Assembly (NCBI GenBank): GCA_964035575.1
Contig: OZ037845.1
Span: 1,426,001 to 1,490,000, forward strand
DNA: 64,000 nt
Direction: 5' to 3'
Source: Rhynchopus sp. YZ270_cl-10
Lineage: Eukaryota
Within the stretch, counting starts at the first letter, position 1, and each line of letters begins with the position of its first letter. Shown here in pieces: positions 11,573 through 21,900 of this stretch. Under the pieces are notes generated by a model. That model did not search any database. It was not told the origin of the DNA and worked only from the letters and a program-made list of their open reading frames with translations. A program made the position numbers and the translations under genes.

Positions 11573-12288
11573 CAGTGTTTCCCAGCATCTCACCTAACTC
11601 TGAAAATAGGTGAGATTTTGCGGTTTTGCGGGTTTTTGTATAGGTGTGGCGAGCCCGGGCGCGCTTCGCGCGCCCGGGTCCCCACCTTAGCTCAAGTTGA
11701 GGGCCTCCGGCGGAATGTGAGAATTTCTCGGAGTTCGGCACTTCATTGATATTTGCACCAGTACATTTACAAAATAAACGGCAGTCATGGCAGGCATGAC
11801 ACCCAAGCGAAGCCACGGTACGCAACATTTCTAAAAATTGTTGACATAAATGTCACTGTCGTTGGAAGATTGGGGGGTCAGCTTGTTTTTGTGCCCAAAA
11901 TTTCTCAGCACTGCTGACAAGGGACATTGGGAACATAGGGATTTTTGCGGAGCAAAAAAAAAATCAAACAAATGGCGCCGCAGGCGAAAAAAAATTAGGG
12001 TACAGTGTAAAAATCTATCTTTTTTACAGCACATAGTCACACACCTATTATGGTCCTAACCCTTTTTTGCGGAGCAAAAAAGGGAAAATGGCGCCGCAGG
12101 CAAAAAAAAATTGAGGTACAGCCTGGATGGTGCGGTCAGCAACCCAGTTCCCCCGTGAGTACTCCCGTGGTTCAACCATGATTTTTTTTTTTTTTTTTTT
12201 CCTGCAGGTGAGATTTCTCACCTCACTTTTTTTTTTTTTTTTTTTTTGTGAGATTTCTCACCCCAAAATCTCACCGTGGGAAACACTG
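11573..12288. mobile_element. Non-autonomous hAT-type element
   Basis: TIR CAGTGTTTCCCA / TGGGAAACACTG. Perfect 8-bp TSD CCCCGCAC at 11565-11572 and 12289-12296. Subterminal GGTGAGAT/ATCTCACC repeats. Confidence 0.85.
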
Positions 12289-12612
12289 CCCCGCACCCCA
12301 CTGGAAAACCCAGAGATATTTTTTTGTATGTGTTTTGTGTGTCGACTTGAGATTAGGGTTTTACGTTTCAACTACTCTTTTGTACAAAAAACATAGGTAC
12401 TTCTGCGAAACATATTATAATTTAGTTTTTTCTTTGTGTTCCTCTAACTGCATGTCTTATTACTTTCTGCTTTTGTTTTTTTTGAAGAATACGCAAAAAA
12501 AAGGAAAGCGAAGATTGAGTCTGTATTGTATGTGTTATGATACGATGCACTTTACGATCAGAAAATGTCATATGCTCTGATCCTTGGTGGGTTTTTTTTT
12601 ATAAAAAAAACC

Positions 12613-12728
12613 TTCTTTCTGTTGAGGATGAACTGCATCTATACCTTTGAAATTCATTAGATTTCGGGCGAATTTGTGTATAGAAACCTTCCTCGGACAG
12701 GGTGATTGTCGAAACTACGTAAACACAG
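12613..12728 (+). repeat. ~115-bp dispersed structured repeat (second copy 48264-48377)
   Basis: Both copies share GTTGAGGATG..CTGCATCTATACCTTTGAAATTCATT...TCCTCGGACAGG.TGATTGTCGAAACTAC in the same orientation. Confidence 0.8.
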
Positions 12729-13005
12729 CAGAATTCACAATGCAGCCAACCAGGAGGGGGTGTGATATTAAAACATCTCAATCTTCTTTTTTTTTTCTCC
12801 TCTTTCTTTGCCAATGACTTCACAAAAACAAAAAGAAACAGCCGAAAATAAATAGCTCTTTCCTCTTCCATTTTCTCACGCATCGAAGCCTGCCAGATTA
12901 CATTAGCAACTATGAACCCCCCCCATCACAAACAGTCCCTACCCTGCACCCTCCGCTCCCTCTCCCCCACAACCCCGTTCTCTAAATGAAACACAACGCA
13001 ACAGA

Positions 13006-15036
13006 ATGAGCGACACCACAGCAAGCCAGCCGTCTACGGCCACACCGACCAACCCCTCTCTCCACATCGTTGCCACCCCACCACCGTTCTCCCTGTCGGA
13101 GTACTTCGGGGGCGCGCGAAACATACAACGGCCGTTGATGCTGGTCGCCTTCGTGGCAACCGTGCTTTCCTTCTCCTATCATGAAATGGGCGAGCCCGAC
13201 TACGGAAGAGGACCCGAAACCGGCAAGGTTCTAGCACACAGTCTCCCCACGATGTCACGGTATCGAGAAGAACCACAACCATACCCGGAACCTCTCGACC
13301 CAAACGCAAACTATAAAAACATGGAGGGCAGGGTCAGGGTCAAAAGCATGGTACCTACCGAACTCCCGCCGAAGGAGATTCCTTCGTTGACTCCTGCATA
13401 TTGGAATAAGATTCTGGCGGTAAATGCTACTTGCGGTGCGGACTTTGATTTAACCATTTCTGATGAACGCGAATGGTACGACTTTTCTAATCCGGTGGGG
13501 AAAGGGGAGCGGGCAAAACCTCTAATAGTTATGCCGGCTGAAGACGACTGGCGGGAGGTATGCGCTGCGGTGACTGAAACGGTTACAAAGGTGGAGAAAG
13601 CACGAAACGGAACTGGAGACACCGAAATGCAGTTTTTACAGCAAAGCAAACGAAGCTTTTCTTTGGCAATCACCACCTTCCGTGGTGCGGCGACCCTCGA
13701 CAATGCGGTGAACAGCTACCGCGCTTCAGGCCTATTCGACCACCCCGACTTCGACGAAATCATCTTCCACGTGAACAAATGCCGCTGTGAGGACCTCTAC
13801 CAAATCAAAAACCTCGTCGGCGGTGGAAACGCTTCCCTCCCCGCCATCCCATACAAAGTCATCTGCGTTGTGACCAACTCATTGCACCCGGTGGTCTTGG
13901 TGCGGCTTATCTCTCACTCCCGCTCCATCATGACGATCATGACTGAAAATGACAGGCCAATTGTACAGCGTCCTAATGAAACAAAATCGGCCTACCATTT
14001 GCGTGTCAAAAACTTTATTGATTTGGGGATCAGTCTTGCGTCGGGTAGCGCTTACATATCAGATGAGGTGATGGTCGACAGCTATGCGGAGGAGCAGGCG
14101 GTTGACATTGACCGGCCTGGTGCGAACCCAAGCTCCTATGCTTCAGGATGGGATTCCCGCGATATCAGCTACATTACAATGCAGAATAAGCACGTCTTCT
14201 CAAAAGGAAAACGTACCTATTTCAAATACAACACAAAATCCTCAGCCTCTGTGGCCTACCCAGAAACCCCAACACCATACGTCCTCTTGGAGAGGCAGGC
14301 GCAGATCTCAGACGACCATTTATTCTTCAAAATTGCAGCAGAACTGCGGAACTATACTGACGACCAGAAGCTTGAAGCGTTTGGTTCGCGTGGAACGCAC
14401 CGTCCGATCGACACCTTAATGTGGGATGTCGCCGAGCACAACAGAACCGACTGGAATGAGAAGAGCTGCTGGCATGTTTGCTACCGTTTTGTGAGTGGAA
14501 ACGGCTACCAACGGTATCATATGTCGAAGAAATGCAACCGTCTGATGAAGCTTTCGGGGCAACGACAGAAGTGGAATGACTGCGAATGGAGAACCTGCCG
14601 GGAGTGGGTAGGGTGGCGGAAGGGAGCAGGGGACGGACCGTCCTCATGCCTGCATCCATGGCTGCGTAACCTTCCGTTGACGGATCAGATGCACGGTCGT
14701 TTCATTTCCAGCCTTGGTGACAGACACAATGGCGGGCCTATCGCGTGCTTTCGTCTAAAGGGATGGACCAACGGACCTGCATTGTTCAACACCCATTGGT
14801 ATAGACGTGATATAGGTGGTATGCTGTGTGGTGTAGATGGCAAATCTGGTGCTTCTGCTAAACAGTCCGGTCTCGTCTACCGTCGGAACAAACCATACTT
14901 CGGCTGGTACGGAAGACAAATGGAATATAACGTCCAACGTTCCATCCGTCTCAGCGACGGTGTTCCGCACTGCAGAGGGGATGGTCTGATGGATGAAGTG
15001 GAAATTGAAAGCTTTGACGGTGAAACGCCTGGATGA
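13006..15036 (+). CDS. Type II membrane protein, putative glycosyltransferase (GT-A-like)
   Basis: 676-aa intronless ORF. N-terminal TM segment (LMLVAFVATVLSF), Pro-rich stem, FSLAITTFRG..TLDNAVNSY...FDEII (GT2-like first strand/helix) and MTEND (DxD-like). The functional call is tentative. Confidence 0.65.
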   Translation: MSDTTASQPSTATPTNPSLHIVATPPPFSLSEYFGGARNIQRPLMLVAFVATVLSFSYHEMGEPDYGRGPETGKVLAHSLPTMSRYREEPQPYPEPLDPNANYKNMEGRVRVKSMVPTELPPKEIPSLTPAYWNKILAVNATCGADFDLTISDEREWYDFSNPVGKGERAKPLIVMPAEDDWREVCAAVTETVTKVEKARNGTGDTEMQFLQQSKRSFSLAITTFRGAATLDNAVNSYRASGLFDHPDFDEIIFHVNKCRCEDLYQIKNLVGGGNASLPAIPYKVICVVTNSLHPVVLVRLISHSRSIMTIMTENDRPIVQRPNETKSAYHLRVKNFIDLGISLASGSAYISDEVMVDSYAEEQAVDIDRPGANPSSYASGWDSRDISYITMQNKHVFSKGKRTYFKYNTKSSASVAYPETPTPYVLLERQAQISDDHLFFKIAAELRNYTDDQKLEAFGSRGTHRPIDTLMWDVAEHNRTDWNEKSCWHVCYRFVSGNGYQRYHMSKKCNRLMKLSGQRQKWNDCEWRTCREWVGWRKGAGDGPSSCLHPWLRNLPLTDQMHGRFISSLGDRHNGGPIACFRLKGWTNGPALFNTHWYRRDIGGMLCGVDGKSGASAKQSGLVYRRNKPYFGWYGRQMEYNVQRSIRLSDGVPHCRGDGLMDEVEIESFDGETPG

Positions 15037-15179
15037 AAAAAAGAAAAAAAAATAGCTGAAAAAAGGAGGGGGGGGAAGTGGGGGTTTAATGAAAAAAAGA
15101 AGAAAAAAAAAGAATCATTTAGTGAATGTCTACCCGTAAATACGATTTAAAGGGGAGGGGGGGTAGGGGGGGGGGGGGG

Positions 15180-15426
15180 CACAGCGGAGAATAAGACTCG
15201 GGGACCCGGGACCAGGACGGGAACCTTGACCAGGACCCGGGGACCGGGGCAGTGTTCTAAAATACGTGGAAAAATACGTATTAATACGTGACGTATTAAT
15301 ACGAAAATACGTATTAATACGTAATACGTAAATACGTGGCTTATTCTCCCCACGCATACGTATTAATACGTATTAATACGTATTTTAGATCACTGGGACC
15401 GGGGACCCGGCTTATTCTCTGCTGTG
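15180..15426. mobile_element. MITE (CACAGC.GAGAATAAG TIR) containing a nested element
   Basis: CACAGCGGAGAATAAG at 15180 is inverted with CTTATTCTCTGCTGTG ending at 15426. A related sequence lies at ~17547-17759. Confidence 0.6.
15250..15395. mobile_element. Nested 146-bp MITE with CAGTG termini and 9-bp TSD
   Basis: TIR CAGTGTTCTAAAATACGT / ACGTATTTTAGATCACTG. GGACCGGGG occurs at 15241-15249 and 15396-15404. Interior is built of ACGTATTAATACGT palindromes. Confidence 0.8.
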
Positions 15427-15678
15427 AGGGGGGAAGGGAGAGGGCTCAGGGGGAAGAGGAGCTCGTGTGCGGAGAAAAACAACACAAAACAAAAAAAACC
15501 TGGCTGCACCTTTTTTTCGCATTGATTCGTGCTCAATTGACATTGATGGTGTGTCTTGTCAAAATACAAAAAAGGGGGGGGGGGGGGTGGGGAGGTGGGG
15601 TGGTAGGGAGCTGGGGGTCCTGGAAAAGTTAATTTCCCGCCCGCTCTGTGGTTTGTCTTTTTGTTTTTTGTTTTTGGG

Positions 15679-16521
15679 AAGATGTGCGTGCCCCTAGGGA
15701 AGCACGTTTCATCGTTCACATTCATTTTTTTTTCCGGTCATGTACCAAGGTACACTGTCACGAGAGGGCTTTGTATTTCAAGTGAACTTTTTTTTTAATC
15801 AAGGTGATGATATGTCTTGAGGCTTAGATTCATCTTATAATTAACCATTTTCGAAGGATGTGTGCACAAGACACATTCATCTTTCAACTTTTCACATTTC
15901 TTTTTTTTTAACCCCTGTTTGACTCTCAGTTGTGATAGTGTAGAGCTACCCAACACGTCTTCAAAAAAAAAAAAAATGACAGTGGAGATTGCACAAACTG
16001 TGGCAACACTACCGAGGCAACTACACTACCTCCAACAATTTATCAAAAAAAAAAAAAACTGTATTTTTCAGGGGGAGGTGGTTTATCCTGGTTGTTCTTT
16101 ACTTCTTGTATTTTCCACCCCCCGCCCCCTTTTTTTTTATCAGAATGTAAACCTCGAAATGGGATGTAGGGAATGCACAGTTCGGTACTGGTCACGCACC
16201 AAGGTACGGAGGGGCTTTGTATTTCATGTATATTTTTCTTCTTCTTCTTCTTCGCTGTTGTTTATTGTCTTGAAAAGACACACCGTTTCTTACTATCTTA
16301 GCTTTGTTCATGACCTCCCCGCTGCCTCACCTAAGGATGACCCTTCAGAAAGTGGTTCGGATTGTTCAAAGTTTTTGGCTGTCTCAGTGCCTGCGTACGA
16401 TGAACGGTGAGACGGTTGCACTTTCAACTCTTTTGTTGGGGATTAAGCATGATGCAGCTTGGTTTTCATCTATCCAGGATTTTGAGAAAAGATGTGGCAC
16501 CTGAGTGCCTTCCCATCTTCC
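15679..16521 (+). repeat. Dense cluster of intergenic hairpin motifs (D, B, A, D, C-like, B, E, A, D)
   Basis: D 15679, B 15734-15782, A 15801-15840, D 15854-15888, B 16188-16228, E 16386-16429, A-like 16438-16471, D 16489-16521. Confidence 0.65.
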
Positions 16522-17836
16522 ATTTTTTATTTTATGTCAGGCAATGATACAGACACAACACTTGTGGAGGGGGGCAAGCGCAGACGCGTTTTTTTGCTCA
16601 AAAATCCGGACCTACTGAGTGTTACTGGGGCGGGGGGAGGCTCGAGGCGCGAAGTCTGTTGTGCTCATGTCCTCATTAAGTATCACTTCCTTCGGGTTGC
16701 GGTCTTTTGTGAGGCGTGTGTATCTCAGATTAGTTTACGTAGGAAGTCCAATACAAGAGATACCTCTTGTATTCACCCCCCCTAGTAAGGTGTCTGTCAT
16801 AGCCCTTTTTTCTTTAAACGAGAGTGAGTGTCGCAAACCATGTGGTCTGTTACGGCTAAAGTGTGCGAGCCTATAAAGAAGGGATACGCACCGAGGCGCC
16901 CTGCACACACACACAGCTCTTGGAGGTGTCTCTTTCAAAAATGCGAGAGCAGACTTTTCATCAATCTTTTTCTAGTTAATGCCCCCTCCGCAGTTCGATA
17001 ACCGCGGAAATCTGGTTCCTTGGGCTCACAGAGGTGTTTGCACTGAGAAAACGACCTTTTTCCTTTTTCTTTGGAGAACAATTGTCTGTGTCTAACCCAA
17101 CTTTCTCTTTTTGTTTTTTTTCTTTTTCCGCACAGAAGGTGGAGAATAAGGCTGTGCGGAAGAATTTACCAGAAAAAAACGATGTGGTTCAGTGGAGATA
17201 GAAAAAGACTCATAATTATTGCTGCACAGAGAAGCCATGGTGCAGCCCTGTGGGTGGAGAAGAAGAAGAAAAAGCAGGGATGGGGGGATCACAACAGATC
17301 GATTTGCTGCTCCCAAGGAGGAAGGTTCTTTGATGAGGCACCTCTTTTTGTGCATAATCTCTTACTTTTTTTTTTGTTCCGGTTTTAACGAAAAAAATCC
17401 TGTTGTATCTTTTTACCCTTTTTTCTTTGCCGGAAAAAAAAACCCCCGGGGTGGTTTTTTAGTTTTGTCACAAGATTTAAAGAAACAGAATACCACCCAT
17501 ACTTGCCCCCCTTTTTCATACTCCGCCGATACGAACTGACATTCACGAGAATACTCCGGGTCCTGGGTACTGGGTACAGCCCTACTCCCAGTAGGGGGCT
17601 GGGGCTAGGAATACCCCTCCATCCATGCCCCCCCACCCTCAGGTCTCCGACCCGCTTTCAGGCGTTTTCACAGTGTTTTTCGAGTGTCCCCCCTGGGACA
17701 TCCGGCTGAGAATAACCGGGTCCCGAATACCGGGTTCCCAAATCTTATTCTCAGCTCTGCCTCCCCTACACACGATTCTATCCACCAAAACTTCCTTTTA
17801 ACTCAGGGAAAAAAGACAAAAAAAAAAAGATACGAT

Positions 17837-18478
17837 ATGGCTGTTGCAGGCGCAGTCTCTGTTGTGCACTCGAAGAAGGAGTTTGACGCATTGCTTTCCG
17901 AAACCCCGAACGCATGCATCCACTTCGCCGCTGACTGGTGCGAGCCGTCGAAGCAGCTCCACAACGTCATGAACGAATGGAACTACCCTAAGGTGCGTCT
18001 GGTCACTGCGATGGCGGAGGAGATGGAGGATGTGGTGGAGGCAGAGGGAGTGGACACAGTGCCGTTTGTTATCTTCTATCATAATGGCAAGAGAGTGGAT
18101 CAAGTGGCCGGGGCGCAGTTGGATGAGATTAAAGGAAAAATTGAGAAGATCTATGAGTCCGCAGAAGTGATCGACAACGAAGCCCGCATGAAGCGTCTGA
18201 TCAACAAGCACAAAGTCATGCTCTTCATGAAAGGCTCCCCCGATGCACCGCGTTGTGGCTTCTCCCGTACCATTATCGGGATTCTTCGCGAAGAAGGCGC
18301 AGATTTTGACACCTTCGACATCCTCACAGACGAAGCCATCCGCCAAGGACTCAAGGTCTACTCCAACTGGCCAACCTTCCCCCAGCTCTACGTTGACGGA
18401 GAGCTTGTAGGAGGATTAGATGTCATCAAGGAGCTCAAAGAAGGGGACGAATTGGGTTCCACTCTCAGAGGGGAATAA
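17837..18478 (+). CDS. GLRX3: Monothiol glutaredoxin-3 (PICOT): thioredoxin-like domain plus CGFS glutaredoxin domain
   Basis: HFAADWCEPS (Trx-like), FMKGSPDAPRCGFS and YSNWPTFPQLYVDGELVGGLD. Confidence 0.93.
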   Translation: MAVAGAVSVVHSKKEFDALLSETPNACIHFAADWCEPSKQLHNVMNEWNYPKVRLVTAMAEEMEDVVEAEGVDTVPFVIFYHNGKRVDQVAGAQLDEIKGKIEKIYESAEVIDNEARMKRLINKHKVMLFMKGSPDAPRCGFSRTIIGILREEGADFDTFDILTDEAIRQGLKVYSNWPTFPQLYVDGELVGGLDVIKELKEGDELGSTLRGE

Positions 18479-18963
18479 AAAAAAATGTGGAGCAAAGGGG
18501 GAAAAAAGATATGAACAATAAAGGTGTCTCAGCGTAAAAAAAAGGAAAAAAATGTGAACCGTTTTGTGTTATTTGAATACCATTCTTCGGGGGCTGACGA
18601 CGATAAACCAAAAAAAAAATTTTTTTTTTTTTTTCAAGGGGGAAGAAACGATGCATTATTCTAGCTCTATCCTATTCATTTTATTATATATTTTTGCTCT
18701 TTTTCTCTGCGGGATTCAAAAAAAAATTTGGGAAATGGAAACAAATCCCACACACTCATACAGAACAGAGCTATTTCCTCCGATGCTTTCCTCCCATCAC
18801 ATCATCACCCTCCTCCCTCCCTCCTCTCTTCATACCCATCACAGACACATACACGATACACAAGACGTAACTGGTGGCTTAAATCGAGCCTGCGAAGGCA
18901 ATAGAGTAGTTTTTTTGTTTTTTTGTTTGTTTTTAAAGTTTTTCCCCTAATTTGTGTTTCAAG

Positions 18964-21900
18964 ATGCAGTTGAGACACGTGAAGAACCTGCAGTCCTCAC
19001 AGCAACATGTAGCTCGCATTACCGCAGCCTGCTGGAGTCCAAACAACAAGCGTCTGGCCATTGCAGATCATTACCGCTTTGTGCACCTTTTTGATGAGAA
19101 TGGTGAAAAACGCGACAAATTCAGCACGAAGCCCATAGACACTAGAGGGCCTAAGACGTACATGGTGCGGGGTATGGTGTTTTCACCTGATTCTGCGAAG
19201 CTTGCGATTGCACAGAGTGACAACGTTGTTTTTGTCTACAAGCTTGGTCTCGACTGGGGCGAGAAGAAGTCGATTTGCAACAAATTCGTTCAAACCTGCC
19301 CGGTGACCTGCGTCTGCTGGCCGCACGTTCGTGGGAATGAGCTTCTCGTGTTCGGTGTGGCTGATGGCAAGGTGCGGATCGGGACGTTGACAACAAACAA
19401 ATGCCACAACCTGTACAGCACAGACTCGTACGTTGTCAGCATTGCCTCGTCGCAGGACGGTACCGGGCTTGTCAGTGGACACAGCGACGGGTCCATCCAT
19501 AGGTATTACTTTGAGGAGGCCGGGCAGCTTGCAGGGAGTGCAAAGCTCTGTGTGCACCCCTGTGTGCCGCAGGGGCTGAGCTGGGGGGAGAGTGTGGCAG
19601 CAGTGGGCAACGACTGCAAGGTGTGCTTCTACGACAGCCGCACCGGGGCCTCGCAGCAGAACTTTGTGTACGACGTGACGGAGGACCGTGAGCACGTCTG
19701 CTGTGCGTTCAACCCCTCAGGGCACTCACTGGTGGTCGGTGCCTTCGATAAGTTCCGTGTCTTCAACTACAACATCAAACAGTCGCGTTGGGAGGAAGGC
19801 ATCCATAAGTTCTTCGAGAACCTCTACTCCGTCACGTGCCTCTCCTGGAAGAACGATGGCTCCCGTCTTGTCGTCTGCTCCCTCTGCGCAGCTGTCGATA
19901 TGTACGACGCCTGCATCAGGCGGTATCTGTATAAGGGTAACTTCGAGTTCACCTACGTCTCCCACTCGCAGGTTATCGTCAAGCGCCTCAGCACCGGAAC
20001 CCGCATTGTGCTGAAGTCGCAGTTCGGCTACGAGATCGTGAAGGTGCACGTCTACCAGGACCTCTACCTCGTGTCGCACAGCCCGACCACCCTGCTTGTG
20101 GGCGACCTTGGCAGCTGCAAGGTGTCAGAGGTGCCGTGGAGCGGGAGCGGGCAGGAGAAGTTCGTCTTCGACAACCCGCAGGTCTGCATGGTGTTCAACG
20201 TGGGGGAGCTGTCGCTCATCGAGTACGGCCGCAACGAGATCCTTGGGTCGTGCCGCACGGAGTACATGGCACCACACCTCCTCTCGGTGCGCGTCAACGA
20301 CTCACCCGACCTGGACGACGAGAAGCGCCAGAAGATCATTGCGTACCTTGTGGACCGACAGACGATCTGCATCCTCGACCTGGTGACAGGCATCCGCATT
20401 GCGACCATCCAGCACTCCTCCAAGATTGACTGGCTGGAGCTCAACAAGCGTGCCACGAAGCTCCTCTTCAAGGACAAATCCCGCCAGCTTTTCCTCTACG
20501 ACATTGTGACGCAGGCGAAGGTGACGCTGCTCAACTTCTGCACCTACGTGGCGTGGGTGCCCGACAGCGACGTTGTCGTAGCACAGAACCGCGGCGACCT
20601 GTGTGTGTGGTACAGCATTGAGACACCCGACCGCGTTGCCATTGTCCCTATCAAGGGTGACGTAGAGGACATCGAACGCACGGACGGCAAGACGGAGGTC
20701 ATTGTTGACGAAGGCATCAACACCGTTGCATATGGGCTTGACGAAAGCCTCATCGAGTTCGGCAGTGCCATGGAGGACAGGGACTACGAACGTGCATGCG
20801 ACCTCCTCGAGCAGATCACCATCACCCCCGAGACCGAAGCGATGTGGGAGAACCTCTCGCAGCTGGCCCTGCAGGACAAGAAGCTGCTCATTGCGGAGCG
20901 CTGCTTCGCTGCCCTGGGCGACGTCTCCAAGGCGCGCGCATTGAACAAGATTGGCGAGATTGCACAACAGGCAATGGGCGAGGACAAGGTCATCGCACAG
21001 CAGGGCTACGACCACTACACGGTACGTGCCTCTTTGGAGGTGCTCAACAAGAACTTCAAGGCAGCGGAGAACATCTTCCTCGAGCGCAACAAGGTGAACG
21101 AGGCGGTGGCGATGTGGGAGGAGCTGTTCCGGTTTGATGAGTCCATTGCTGTGGCAGAGGCGAAGGGGCACAAAGACGCCGACCGCATGCGCAAGACGTA
21201 CTACGAATGGCTCATGGAGACCAAGCAGCAGGACAAGGCTGCCGACCTCCGTGAACGCGAAGGAAAGTACGTCGAGGCAATAAATCTGTACCTCGCTGGC
21301 GGGCTCCCCGCCAAGGCCGCGCACATCGTGAACCAGCACCAGGTGACCATCCCGCAGCAGCAACAGGAAGCCATCGCGACCGCCCTCGGCAAGGCCTCTA
21401 TGTTCGAGAAGGCAGGCGACTTCTTCGAGAAGCTTGGCCTCAACGAGCGTGCCATCGAGGCGTACCGCCGTGGCCACTCCTACAGACGCGCCGTCGACCT
21501 CTCACGCAGAGTCTTCCCGGGCTACGTCATCTCACTCGAGGACGAATGGGGCGACTGGCTTGTCAGCCAAAAGCAGGTATGGCTTGTACGAAAACCAAAC
21601 ACAAAAAACCCCCACGACAGGTCGACGCCGCAATCAACCACTACATCGAGGCACACCAGGAGATGAAGGCAATCAATGCTGCCATCAACTCCAGGCAGTG
21701 GGCAAAGGCTGTGCAGGTATACTACACCCTCCGTACCCCCCCTCGCCCCTTACCCCACAACACTTTTACCTCTTTTGCCTTCACACCCACAGATCCTGGA
21801 CCAGCAGGACCAGCACGACCCGACTGTGCTGAAGTACTACAAAACCGTGTCGACACACTACGAAGAAGGGCACCAATACGCCGAGGCAGAGAAGTACTAC

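Noticed and set aside
6782..12900. Numerous 60-250 aa ORFs in the long intergenic region
   Set aside because: They translate homopolymer tracts and MITE sequence (poly-K/F), with no coding-like composition.
15679..16521. CRISPR array or integron attC interpretation of the hairpin clusters
   Set aside because: Repeats are heterogeneous and irregularly spaced. There are no cas or integrase genes and no attC RYYYAAC/GTTRRRY boxes, and the context is eukaryotic.
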